Source: a virus (Duplodnaviria; Caudoviricetes). Taken from it: a DNA stretch of 62,814 nucleotides. Both the position numbers and the translations under genes were made by a program. Location of the stretch: positions 1 to 62,814 of IMG/VR virus record IMGVR_UViG_3300008255_000011; one strand, given 5' to 3'. Shown here one piece after another: positions 1 through 8,450 of this stretch; position 1 is the first letter of the stretch; every line of letters begins with the position of its first letter. The notes below the pieces were generated by a model. It made no database searches. It was given only the letters and a program-made list of their open reading frames with translations, and was not told the origin of the DNA.

Positions 1-118
1 CTGCGAGCGCCGATATCCTCGGTGACGGCGCAGGAGGCACGGCCGCACGGACGGACGCTCCGGCCCTGACCGGGACCAACGTCGCGCAACTGCGTACGTT
101 CGTGGCAGGGATGAGGGA
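1..118. repeat. Terminal direct repeat, left copy (circularisation overlap)
   Basis: 1-118 is identical to 62697-62814, and an ORF reads through the join. Confidence 0.95.
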
Positions 119-208
119 CCAGATCAGCGGGACCGCGCTGAATGCGCTCGTCGCGCTTTCGGTGCGGGACGTTCCGAGGATCGTGGCAAACTCCTGATGG
201 AGGCATAG

Positions 209-1207
209 ATGGCGACGATCCACGTGAAGGCGGCTGCGACCGGAGGAGGGAACGGGTCGAGCGGATTCCCCTACACGCTGCAAGAAGCGTTCGACAACGT
301 CGCGGCTGGCGACGAGATCCGAGTCTGGGCGGATAGCACCTACTCCGTCGGGGCGCAGATTGACATCGACACGACCGCAGGGACTGCCGCACTCCCCATC
401 GTCGTGAACGGCGCGAACGCTTCCGGGACGGTCGATGGTACTCGGCCTGTGCTTCAAGCGTCGGCGGCGATTGGTCGCATTCTCTACATCGGCGCGCTGG
501 CCGACTACTATCGGATCAACTCCTTGGACTTCGACGGGAACAGTAACGCTACCGCCATCGTTGATACATCCAACGTTGCGACTGCTGGGGTTACATTCCA
601 TCGGTGCAAACTGCATGGTGCAACCGGATATGGTCTGTATTCAAATGGGTTCGTGTTCCAGCTTTTCGACTGCGACATTTACGGCAATGGTTCGGATGGT
701 TGCAAAGGCAACATTAACCTTGGTTTCAGGGCGATATCCTATTGTCGCATTCACGATAATGGCGGCGTTGGGGTCGCTCTTGGCAGACCGGCGCAAATAC
801 TTGCCGGAAATCACATCTATGACAATGGTGGGCATGGGATTGTCTGGGGTGGCGCTGTTGGAAACGTTGTGTGGGTGATTACCGAGAACACTGTCTACGG
901 AAACGGCGGCTCAGGTTTATACATCGGAGAAAATCAACACATGGGAGGAGGGATTGTCACTAACAATTCGTTTGTGGCAAACGGGGCCTACGGGGTCGCG
1001 CTGAATGCAAAGATCGTTAGCCTCATCGTATTTGACAACAACCACACCCACGGGAATACAAGTGGAGCCTGCGACGGCACGCTTCCCGGGAGCAGCAATC
1101 AGACCGGAGATCCTCTGTTTGCGAGCGTGACCGACGGCAGCGAGGACTTTACGCCGGGCACTGGCAGTCCGCTACTGGCGGCAGGGCTGGACGCAGGGAG
1201 CGCGTAG
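209..1207 (+). CDS. Right-handed beta-helix (pectin lyase-like) tail/receptor-binding protein
   Basis: GGAGG RBS; repeated N-x-I-Y-x-N-G-x-x-G motifs; tail gene context. Confidence 0.7.
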   Translation: MATIHVKAAATGGGNGSSGFPYTLQEAFDNVAAGDEIRVWADSTYSVGAQIDIDTTAGTAALPIVVNGANASGTVDGTRPVLQASAAIGRILYIGALADYYRINSLDFDGNSNATAIVDTSNVATAGVTFHRCKLHGATGYGLYSNGFVFQLFDCDIYGNGSDGCKGNINLGFRAISYCRIHDNGGVGVALGRPAQILAGNHIYDNGGHGIVWGGAVGNVVWVITENTVYGNGGSGLYIGENQHMGGGIVTNNSFVANGAYGVALNAKIVSLIVFDNNHTHGNTSGACDGTLPGSSNQTGDPLFASVTDGSEDFTPGTGSPLLAAGLDAGSA

Positions 1208-2344
1208 GTGAGCACTCGTAGCATAGGCGCGGTGCAGGCGGTCGGGACGTACTCCGCCCAAGACATCGGCGCTGTGCAGGTGGTCAGTGGGGCAGGCGGG
1301 GCGACGATCAGCCTCGGCATCCTTGCCGCTGAGGCCGCGCTCAACGCCCCCACGGTCAGCGCGGGTGCGGTCACCGTCTCGCCGGGCGTCGTCGAGGGAG
1401 TGGGGGGGCTGAATGCCACCACGGTCGCGCCCGGTCCGGCGACGATCTCCATAGGCGTCCTAGCAGCGACGGGCGAGCTGCTTTCGCACACGCTGACCCC
1501 CGGCGCCATGTCCGTAGCACCGGGTGTCGTCGAGGCATCTGCCGCCATCCAAGCGCCCTCCGTCTCCCCCGGTGCCGTCTCCGTAGCACCGGGTGTCGTC
1601 GAGGCATCTGCCGCCATCCAAGCGCCCTCCGTCTCCCCCGGTGCCGTCTCCGTAGTCGCGGACGTACTCGAGGCGTTGGCCGCCCTCCCGCAGGTGACCC
1701 TCCTGCCCGGGAGCAGGACGGTCTCCACGGACGTCCTCGTGGTGGAAGCGGTCCTGAATCCGGTGACCGTGTCCCAGGCAGGCGTGTCCGTCGGCCTCGC
1801 GGCGCTGCATGCGCAGGCGGCCGTCCTTGATCCCACGCTCTCCCCCGGGGCGGCGTCGATCGCCCTTGCCATCCTCGATGCGGCCGGCGCCCTCGCGAGC
1901 CCCAGCGTCGGCGTGCCTCCGATCTCCCTCAGCATCGGGGTCCTCGCTGCCACCGGCGAGCTCCTGCCGGCGGCCTTCGGCCTCAGCGCGCTCACCCTCG
2001 ACCTGGACGCGCTCGAGGCCGCAGGAGAACTCCACGGGCCCGCCCTGCTCATCCAGGCGCACACGATCGCCTTGGACGTCCTGTGGAGCCTCGCAGCCGC
2101 GCAGGCCCCTGGAACGGCACCCGGGGCGGTCACGATGGACCTGGATGCCCTCTCCTCCATCGCCACGGCCCTGAACGTCGCCGTTCGCGCCACGGTCTAC
2201 GTCGTGGGGGAGCGGACCGCGCTCGTGGACTTCCTCTCCTCTGCCAGGGCGAGCGGCTGGGTGACCATCGTCGCGTCCCGGGTCACGGCCCGGGTGAAGC
2301 CGGATCTTGAACGCGCCGGCGTGTTGACCTCGATCGTCTCCTGA
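1208..2344 (+). CDS. Ala/Val/Pro-rich repetitive tail fibre-like protein
   Basis: ~23-aa degenerate repeats (SVAPGVVEASAAIQAPSVSPGAV); abuts the upstream stop. Confidence 0.6.
   Translation: MSTRSIGAVQAVGTYSAQDIGAVQVVSGAGGATISLGILAAEAALNAPTVSAGAVTVSPGVVEGVGGLNATTVAPGPATISIGVLAATGELLSHTLTPGAMSVAPGVVEASAAIQAPSVSPGAVSVAPGVVEASAAIQAPSVSPGAVSVVADVLEALAALPQVTLLPGSRTVSTDVLVVEAVLNPVTVSQAGVSVGLAALHAQAAVLDPTLSPGAASIALAILDAAGALASPSVGVPPISLSIGVLAATGELLPAAFGLSALTLDLDALEAAGELHGPALLIQAHTIALDVLWSLAAAQAPGTAPGAVTMDLDALSSIATALNVAVRATVYVVGERTALVDFLSSARASGWVTIVASRVTARVKPDLERAGVLTSIVS
1511..1655 (+). repeat. Perfect 69-bp tandem duplication (2.1 copies), in frame
   Basis: 1511-1579 = 1580-1648, partial third copy to 1655. 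Confidence 0.9.
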
Positions 2345-2362
2345 CCTGCCCGGCCGCACCGG

Positions 2363-2380
2363 CGAAGTTCGGGGTGAACC
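2363..2380 (+). promoter_or_regulatory. Dispersed late motif copy (CGAAGTTCGGGGTGAACC)
   Basis: Matches the consensus; intergenic, upstream of the 2400 gene. Confidence 0.65.
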
Positions 2381-2399
2381 CACGGGTGGGAGAAGCACG

Positions 2400-3173
2400 A
2401 TGGCGGTCGGAGCAAGCGATCTGGTCCTGGTTGGATGCGCGAACCACGCGGAGGATGACGCTTCGGCGCAGGGCGGCGCGATCAGCAAAGGCAAGCTCCT
2501 CTTCTTCTCCACCGGGGACATCTCCGCGGTGGACGAGATCGAGGTCCTCGCGGACGACGCGATTTCGGCCACGATCACCATCACCGGCAGGTCCGCCGTC
2601 GGCGCCCAGATCACCGAGGCTGTCGTCTTCGCCGGCGAGACAGGCCCCAAGACCACCACCCTGGCCTTCGAGCGGGTGGAGAAGGTCCGGGTGACCGGGG
2701 GTGCGCTTCCCGCGGACGCGACGGTCACCCTCATGAAGGAGGCGGGGGACGTCGAGATCCTGAAGCTCTACGGCAGCTCTGTCTCGCCCTCGGGGACCGC
2801 CGTCACGCAGGTCCGGAAGATGTTCCTCGGGGCGGCCATCCCTGTGTCGGGGTCGAACACGTACTACGAGAAGGCCTACTGGCTGAACGCGCACGACGTG
2901 GACGCCCTCACATCCCCTCGGGTGAAGGAGTTCGCGGACCCGGTAGGGGTCTTCTCCTTCGCGCTCGAAACGGCCGCGGACGGATCCACGTCGATCGCGA
3001 ACCGGCTCACCGCGCCGACGGGTCTGTCCTTCGACTCGGCGGACAAAGACTTCTCCCCGGGGACGCTGGCCGCCGGATCGGCGATCCCGGTCTGGGTGAA
3101 GCTAGTCCTCTCCTCGGCGCTCAGCCCGGCGAAGAGCTACGTGACGCTCCGGTGCGAGGGAGAGACGCTGTGA
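2400..3173 (+). CDS. Putative virion structural protein
   Basis: 257-aa ORF, beta-rich, late motif upstream. Confidence 0.55.
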   Translation: MAVGASDLVLVGCANHAEDDASAQGGAISKGKLLFFSTGDISAVDEIEVLADDAISATITITGRSAVGAQITEAVVFAGETGPKTTTLAFERVEKVRVTGGALPADATVTLMKEAGDVEILKLYGSSVSPSGTAVTQVRKMFLGAAIPVSGSNTYYEKAYWLNAHDVDALTSPRVKEFADPVGVFSFALETAADGSTSIANRLTAPTGLSFDSADKDFSPGTLAAGSAIPVWVKLVLSSALSPAKSYVTLRCEGETL

Positions 3174-3523
3174 GCGAGCAAGCCCGGTTCAGGGAGCAGT
3201 CCGACGGCTTCGTCAAGCTCACCATCACCGACGAGGCCGGGGACGAGATCCCGGCGGGGTCGATCAACGCGATCTACTGGACGCTCTTCGACAAGGAGAC
3301 TGCCCAGGTCATCAACTCGCGGTCGAACGTCGCGGAGAGCTCGATCACGAGCCCCCACTACGTCCACCTGGTGCCGCTCGACAACGTGATCGTGACCGCG
3401 ACGAAGGCGGTCGAGACCCACGTTCTCGAGTACCTCGTGGGCTACAACTCGGACCGGGGGACGGGGCTCTCGATCCGGGGCAAGGTGGAGATCCCCGTGG
3501 ATAACCTGACGAAGGTCACGTAA
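3170..3523 (+). CDS. Hypothetical virion-associated protein
   Basis: GTGA overlap with the upstream stop. Confidence 0.55.
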   Translation: MSEQARFREQSDGFVKLTITDEAGDEIPAGSINAIYWTLFDKETAQVINSRSNVAESSITSPHYVHLVPLDNVIVTATKAVETHVLEYLVGYNSDRGTGLSIRGKVEIPVDNLTKVT

Positions 3524-3533
3524 CCGGGATGAG

Positions 3534-3848
3534 GTGAACCGCATGGAGACGAGCGCGTGGATCGCCCTCGCAGGAGTCATTCTCACGAATGGCGGAATCC
3601 TCCTTACGATGATCACTCGGCACGCCCGCTCCGAGGAGCGGGTGAATGAACGGATCCGGACCCTCGAGGTCGACCTATCGCGTGGGCGAGAGCGCTTCGT
3701 CGGCTTCGATCGCAAGCTCGATTTGCTTGCAAGTCACGTGAATGCAATTCACCTCCAGGTCGCTCGGATCTCCGAGCGGCTGGGGGTCCCGGAACGGCGT
3801 CATGCCACAGATCCAGGCCTCGACTTCGACCAGGACTCCGGCTCCTAG
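3534..3848 (+). CDS. Small membrane protein with N-terminal TM helix and coiled coil (holin/XhlA-like)
   Basis: Hydrophobic WIALAGVILTNGGILLTMI followed by a heptad region; position after tail genes. Confidence 0.5.
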   Translation: MNRMETSAWIALAGVILTNGGILLTMITRHARSEERVNERIRTLEVDLSRGRERFVGFDRKLDLLASHVNAIHLQVARISERLGVPERRHATDPGLDFDQDSGS

Positions 3849-4408
3849 TCCCCGTCGGAGGGTGCGACCTCGAGTCCGCCGTAGCGGAGCCAGTACTCCG
3901 CGCACCGCCGGGCCGCTCCGGACAGCTGCTCCTCGCCGCGCTCGACGCGGGGGTAGTAGCCTGCCGAGAGCCCGAGCTGCTCGGCCGCCTCGGCCTGGGT
4001 CAGGTCGCGGTCCAGACGTGCGTCCCGGAGCCGATCCCAGATCACCTCCTCGCCCAGGAGGTACTCGCCGTCCTCGTCCACCGCCCCCTCGGCGTCCAGG
4101 ATCCACGCCGGGGCTCCGGCCGCGACCGCCGCCTCGATTGCCGCGCGGACCCCGGAGGAGGTCCCGTCCGTGTGCGGGATCCGCACTGCTTCGTGCGTGA
4201 CCCCGTGCTCGTCCCGGTAGGTGGTGAGGGTCCAGTCGTCAGTCCGCTCCTCGGGCAGGTAGATCAGGGACGGGTCCACCGCCGCGATCTCCTCCGCCTC
4301 CTCCACGGAGAGGCCGTCGCGGGCCTCCTCGATGGGAGTAGTGTACTGGCTCAGGGTCCGGCCCGTCCGCCGGGCCTCCTCGATCGCCTCTTGTCCGGTC
4401 AGTCTCAT
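3845..4408 (-). CDS. XRE-family HTH regulator with N-terminal extension (only confident minus-strand gene)
   Basis: C-terminal RLRDARLDRDLTQAEAAEQLGLSAGYYPRVERG HTH; GAGGAG RBS before ATG 4408. Confidence 0.8.
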   Translation of the reverse strand: MRLTGQEAIEEARRTGRTLSQYTTPIEEARDGLSVEEAEEIAAVDPSLIYLPEERTDDWTLTTYRDEHGVTHEAVRIPHTDGTSSGVRAAIEAAVAAGAPAWILDAEGAVDEDGEYLLGEEVIWDRLRDARLDRDLTQAEAAEQLGLSAGYYPRVERGEEQLSGAARRCAEYWLRYGGLEVAPSDGD

Positions 4409-4444
4409 CTCTCGCTCCTCTCGTCGCCCCATCGCGACAGAGGG

Positions 4445-4497
4445 ACTATACGTCACGGATAGCACGCGGTCAACGTGAAATCTATCCGTGACGGATA
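4445..4497 (-). promoter_or_regulatory. Sigma70-type promoter TTGACC-N17-TATAGT overlapped by two palindromic operators
   Basis: -35 at 4473-4468, -10 at 4450-4445; TATACGTCACGGATA 4447-4461 and TATCCGTGACGGATA 4483-4497. Confidence 0.75.
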
Positions 4498-4544
4498 AAA
4501 TCTCTTCGCTCCATCCGTCCCACGTGTCGCCCGGCCTCCCGCTC

Positions 4545-4580
4545 TGCCCGCGTCCCTGGCGGTCGCCGCCCGAAGTTCGG
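4545..4580 (+). promoter_or_regulatory. Dispersed late motif copy (TGCCCG-N20-CGAAGTTCGG)
   Basis: Upstream of the holin-like/lipoprotein genes. Confidence 0.65.
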
Positions 4581-4674
4581 ATCGGGCGGGGCCACCCGCC
4601 GTGGCGGACGCAGGGGTCACCCGTGCCCCGAGGCCCCGCCCTACACGGGACACGGGTAAACGGGACGGTTCAGC

Positions 4675-4827
4675 ATGAAGACGTTCTTCCAGAGCAACAC
4701 CGTGCGGGTGTGCCTCGCGGCGATCCTGACCGCGTGGGGCACCTACTTCGCGGGCCAGATCGACCTCCAGTCGGCGATCACGGCGACCTTCCTGGCGGTG
4801 GGGGGCATCTTCCTCCGGAAGGGCTAG
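4675..4827 (+). CDS. Putative holin (50 aa, two TM segments); not in the ORF track
   Basis: MKTFFQSNTVRVCLAAILTAWGTYFAGQIDLQSAITATFLAVGGIFLRKG, translated by hand. Confidence 0.6.
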   Translation: MKTFFQSNTVRVCLAAILTAWGTYFAGQIDLQSAITATFLAVGGIFLRKG

Positions 4828-4839
4828 GGCGTCCCGATC

Positions 4840-5328
4840 GTGAAGGCGTTTCTCTTCGCGGTCCTCGTGACGGGGCTCGTGGCGTGCGCCACGGACGGCG
4901 TCTCGAAGCCCGCCACCGCGACCACCGGGGTGGGCCAGTACGGCTCCCTCTCCGGCGTCCAGTCCGGGCAGACGGGAATTACGATGGGCGGAGACGTCCA
5001 CTACGAGATCCACACCGGGGGCGCGGCGGACATGCCCGACGCGCTCAAGAAACAGGTCCTCGACGGGCTGGCGGTCTTCGACTCGGCGATCGAAAAGACG
5101 ACTGATCCCGACGTCCTGATGAAGCTTCTCGATAAGAAGACCGTCTACATGGACAAGATCAGTCGGGCTTTCGGCGTGACCATCGTGATGGTGGGAGACT
5201 CGACGGGCGGTGCCGCCGGACCTGACACGGGAGTCCCCGTCGAGGCAGAGCCAGAGAAGCCCGGGGCGATGACCGACGCAGCGAAGGCTGCAGCCGAGGC
5301 ACTGATCCCAGGGGGCACCGGTGGGTAG
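4840..5328 (+). CDS. Lipoprotein (spanin-like candidate)
   Basis: Signal peptide with lipobox LVAC; next to the holin-like gene. Confidence 0.6.
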   Translation: MKAFLFAVLVTGLVACATDGVSKPATATTGVGQYGSLSGVQSGQTGITMGGDVHYEIHTGGAADMPDALKKQVLDGLAVFDSAIEKTTDPDVLMKLLDKKTVYMDKISRAFGVTIVMVGDSTGGAAGPDTGVPVEAEPEKPGAMTDAAKAAAEALIPGGTGG

Positions 5329-5512
5329 CGAGGCAAGCTGGTGGGAGGGGCTCGCGAAGCGCCTCCCACCGTCCCTCGCCCGCTCCGCGAACACGATTCG
5401 CCGCGACTTCAAGCTCTCGGCGGAGACGTTCCGGGCGGACCTCTACCGCGAGCTCGGGCAGGAGGAGGGCGACCGTGTCTGGGCAATCTTCGAGCGGACC
5501 TTCCTCGGGTGA
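5321..5512 (+). CDS. Hypothetical protein
   Basis: 63-aa ORF overlapping the lipoprotein stop. Confidence 0.5.
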   Translation: MGSEASWWEGLAKRLPPSLARSANTIRRDFKLSAETFRADLYRELGQEEGDRVWAIFERTFLG

Positions 5513-5734
5513 CCGCACCTGGTGGCCCATCTACTGCGTCGGCCCGGACTGCCTCCGCACCGTCCGCGCGTACCAGGCGCACGAGGGGCCGATCTGTGAG
5601 CACTGCCGGCGAGTCTACCCGTGGATCACGGCCGCCAGGCCGCTGCCCCCGCTGCGGGGGTGACACGATCCTCCAAGCCGGTGAGCTGGTCTGCCCGTGG
5701 GGATGCGGGCGCTGGCCGGCGCGGTAGTCCGCCG

Positions 5735-5770
5735 TGGATTCTCTGGCGAGAGCGTGGTAGACTTTCGCCA
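5735..5770 (+). promoter_or_regulatory. Candidate extended -10 promoter and operator for the csf operon
   Basis: TGGATT-N17-TAGACT with TGn extension; inverted repeat TGGCGAGAG (5744-5752)/CTTTCGCCA (5762-5770) flanks the -10. Confidence 0.45.
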
Positions 5771-5772
5771 CT

Positions 5773-6726
5773 ATGGCCTTGACTACGCCATGCCGGCTCA
5801 TCCACGAGCTCCGCGGCTCGCTCCCACAGCCCGGGGCTCGTGCGATTCCGGGCGAGTGCTACGTCTGCGGCCTGCCTCATGATCGCGCCCTACCGCGCGA
5901 GGACGTCGTGAGGACATCGTTCACCAACGCAGATTCCGCCGGTGCGCCGTGGAGCGACACGGTCTGCGAGCCGTGCGCTGCGGCGATGCGCGGGAAGCCG
6001 AGCAAGACGGACAAGCCCCTCAGGATGGACTCGCACCTGTACCGGGACGGTGTATGGACGCGCTTCGGCAAGGGGGACGCGGGCGCTATCGCTTTGACCT
6101 GGCGGACCATGCTAGACCCTCCCGAAGGCCCGTGGTTCCTCGCGCTCGCGGAGTCTGGGCAGCTACACGTCTTGCCATGGACATCGCTCTGCGATGGCCG
6201 CGGACCATGGCGCATCAGGTATGAGCGGGACGACGTCGCGTGTGACCCGGTCGCCTTCGCATCGCTCACATGGCACGTCCTTTCGCTGTATCTTGCGGGC
6301 ATCCCTCGCGATGACATCCTGAGCGGCAGCCCGGGAGCCACAGCGCTCCGGCGGGTGGGGGTTGAGGTTTTTCGCGAGCACGATCCGTGGATCCGGCCGT
6401 GGCGGGGTGGTCCTGCCCTCCGGTTGGTCTGTGGGCTGCTCAGGCGGGAGGGCATGGATGCGATCCGAGATATTGCCGCCGACGTCGCGGGAGTCCGACG
6501 AGACTCTCCGGCGGATCGCGGCGCGACTGATCCTGACGATCCACCGGATGGTGGACTGGCAGCAGGTGGACCCGAGGTCATACTGGGAGCGGATGCCGGC
6601 GGCATTCCGCGCGCGGGCGCAGATGGCGACGAGCTACGGCCAGATGATCGAGGCTCTCCGGAAGGCTCTCCGACTGCGCCCGTGGACAGGAGAGGCTGCC
6701 AGCGAGGTCTCTTCGATCGGACGTGA
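5773..6726 (+). CDS. csf1: Type IV CRISPR large subunit Csf1 (Cas8-like)
   Basis: Zn motif CYVCG...SFTN...VCEPC and PPEGPWFLALAESGQLHVLPW; first gene of the csf operon. Confidence 0.8.
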   Translation: MALTTPCRLIHELRGSLPQPGARAIPGECYVCGLPHDRALPREDVVRTSFTNADSAGAPWSDTVCEPCAAAMRGKPSKTDKPLRMDSHLYRDGVWTRFGKGDAGAIALTWRTMLDPPEGPWFLALAESGQLHVLPWTSLCDGRGPWRIRYERDDVACDPVAFASLTWHVLSLYLAGIPRDDILSGSPGATALRRVGVEVFREHDPWIRPWRGGPALRLVCGLLRREGMDAIRDIAADVAGVRRDSPADRGATDPDDPPDGGLAAGGPEVILGADAGGIPRAGADGDELRPDDRGSPEGSPTAPVDRRGCQRGLFDRT

Positions 6727-6841
6727 CCTCGCGAACCCTGTGAGTTTCCGGCGCTTCTGCCGGCTCGTGCGCGAGGAGGGGGCTCTCCTCGCCGCGGAGG
6801 TCCGCGTCACACTCGACGCGATGAAGGAGTCGAAGTCATGA
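6458..6841 (+). CDS. cas11: Type IV-B small subunit (Cas11-like)
   Basis: 127-aa helical protein; GGGAGG RBS before ATG 6458; lies between csf1 and csf2; ATGA-coupled to csf2. Confidence 0.65.
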   Translation: MRSEILPPTSRESDETLRRIAARLILTIHRMVDWQQVDPRSYWERMPAAFRARAQMATSYGQMIEALRKALRLRPWTGEAASEVSSIGRDLANPVSFRRFCRLVREEGALLAAEVRVTLDAMKESKS

Positions 6842-7845
6842 GAAGGTCCCTCAGGTGCAACATGGTGTTCACCATGCTCTCGGCCCTGCACCACGGGCAG
6901 GGCGTGGACGGCAACGTCGCTCTCTTCCGCACGGGGCGCTTCCTCGTGCGTGGGGAGGTGCAGGACCTCCCCTACATCTCCGGCAACGCCCTCAAGCACG
7001 TCCTCGTGCGCGACCCCGGCGTCCGGCACATGCTCCGCGTCCTCGAACTCAAAGACGGGTCCCTGAGCAAGGGTGCGATTCACCTGCTGTTCTCTGGCGG
7101 GTCGCTCTCGGTGAAGGGTTCGGCGGTCTCGCTGTCTCAGTACCGGGAGATCTGCGAGCTGGTCCCGATCCTCGCGATCTGCGGGGGCGCCGTCGGCAAC
7201 TACATGATCGAGTCTCGGATCTCCGTTGGTGACGCCCGGCCCGTGTGCGATGAGCACGGGGACCGCATCCCGGTCGCCGAGCTGATCGACGCCGGCATGA
7301 TCGACCCCGAGGACGTGGAGCGTCCCATCGGTCACCTGCTTGACGTCCAGATGGGGACTCGACACGACCCGCTTCGGGCACCGACCGTCCGCCGCTATCT
7401 GACGGGCGGGGAGCAGCGCCAGCTCGAGCTCGACAAGAGCGCCGCGCTCGCCGTCCGGGAGGAGGGTGGACACGCGGACAAGGGCGACTCGCAGCAGATG
7501 CTTTACGAGAGACAGGTGCTCGCGGCAGGGACGCGGCTGCACTCCAGGCTGTACACCCGCGATCTCACCGAGATGGAGGAGGCTGCGCTCTGGTCAGCGG
7601 TCGGGGAGTGGCTGCGTCGTCCCTTCCTCGGGGCGAACTCATCGGTAGGCAACGGCGAGGCCCGCCTCCGGATCCTGCCGTCCGAGCCGGTCTCAGTCCC
7701 TGGTACGGTCTGGGAGGGGACGACGGCCCCAGTGGCGGTGGGCGAGCCGGAGCACTGCCAGATGCACACATGGATGAGCCGCTACGATGAGCAGCTCCTG
7801 GAAAGGAAGGCGGACATCCTCGCGGCGCTCGGGAAAATCCGGTGA
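6838..7845 (+). CDS. csf2: Type IV backbone subunit Csf2 (Cas7)
   Basis: RAMP motifs LSALHHG, LPYISGNALKH, LLFSGGSL, ICGGAVGNYMIESRISVG, FLGANSSVGNG. Confidence 0.88.
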   Translation: MRRSLRCNMVFTMLSALHHGQGVDGNVALFRTGRFLVRGEVQDLPYISGNALKHVLVRDPGVRHMLRVLELKDGSLSKGAIHLLFSGGSLSVKGSAVSLSQYREICELVPILAICGGAVGNYMIESRISVGDARPVCDEHGDRIPVAELIDAGMIDPEDVERPIGHLLDVQMGTRHDPLRAPTVRRYLTGGEQRQLELDKSAALAVREEGGHADKGDSQQMLYERQVLAAGTRLHSRLYTRDLTEMEEAALWSAVGEWLRRPFLGANSSVGNGEARLRILPSEPVSVPGTVWEGTTAPVAVGEPEHCQMHTWMSRYDEQLLERKADILAALGKIR

Positions 7846-8450
7846 CGACGGCCACGAGCGAGGTCCGTCTCGTGACGATTCGCCTGACGCAGGCCGAGAT
7901 CTGGGGCGCTGCGCCCGCCACCCGAGATCACCCGGATCTCATCTACGCTGTGCATTGCCTGCTCGCTGGTCGGTACGGTGACGCGGCGCCTCGACCATGG
8001 CGGCTGTCCATCCAGGGAGAGGGTCTGCTCGTCCGCGGGTACGTGGGGCCGGACTGGGCGCTCCCAGCGGACAACGTTTGGATACCGACGGTGGGCGATG
8101 AGGTGCGGGTCCGGATTGCGGCCATCGCGACCGCACGTCGAGATGGGAAGGAACGCGACGTTGCGATGCTCTGGGGCCGGCCCGCGCCGGGCGTGTACGT
8201 CGAGTGGCTGTGTGACCAGATTCCACGTCGCGGCGGCGGAGACGTCATCTCCGCCCAAGTCGAGCGATGGGCACTCTCGGACGTGCTGCGACTGACGCAT
8301 GGACCGAGTCGGTTCGCGAAGACCCGTCGCTTTCCCGCTGTACACTTCCTGGCCACCGTGCGATCCGGACACGGCTTCGCATCCTTCCTCCGCAGAGGCG
8401 TCGGGCGCCACCGCGCTTTCGGCTCAGGCTTCGTCGAGGTGCTCCCATGA
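7842..8450 (+). CDS. cas6: Cas6 (Cas6e/CasE-like) endoribonuclease
   Basis: N-terminal DLIYAVHCLL...APRPW and C-terminal G-loop RRGVGRHRAFGSGFV. Confidence 0.78.
   Translation: MTTATSEVRLVTIRLTQAEIWGAAPATRDHPDLIYAVHCLLAGRYGDAAPRPWRLSIQGEGLLVRGYVGPDWALPADNVWIPTVGDEVRVRIAAIATARRDGKERDVAMLWGRPAPGVYVEWLCDQIPRRGGGDVISAQVERWALSDVLRLTHGPSRFAKTRRFPAVHFLATVRSGHGFASFLRRGVGRHRAFGSGFVEVLP

Noticed and set aside
1-118. Biological terminal repeat or att site
   Set aside because: Falls mid-gene; best explained as an assembly overlap
209-2344. Diversity-generating retroelement acting on tail fibres
   Set aside because: No reverse transcriptase and no TR/VR pair with adenine-specific mismatches seen
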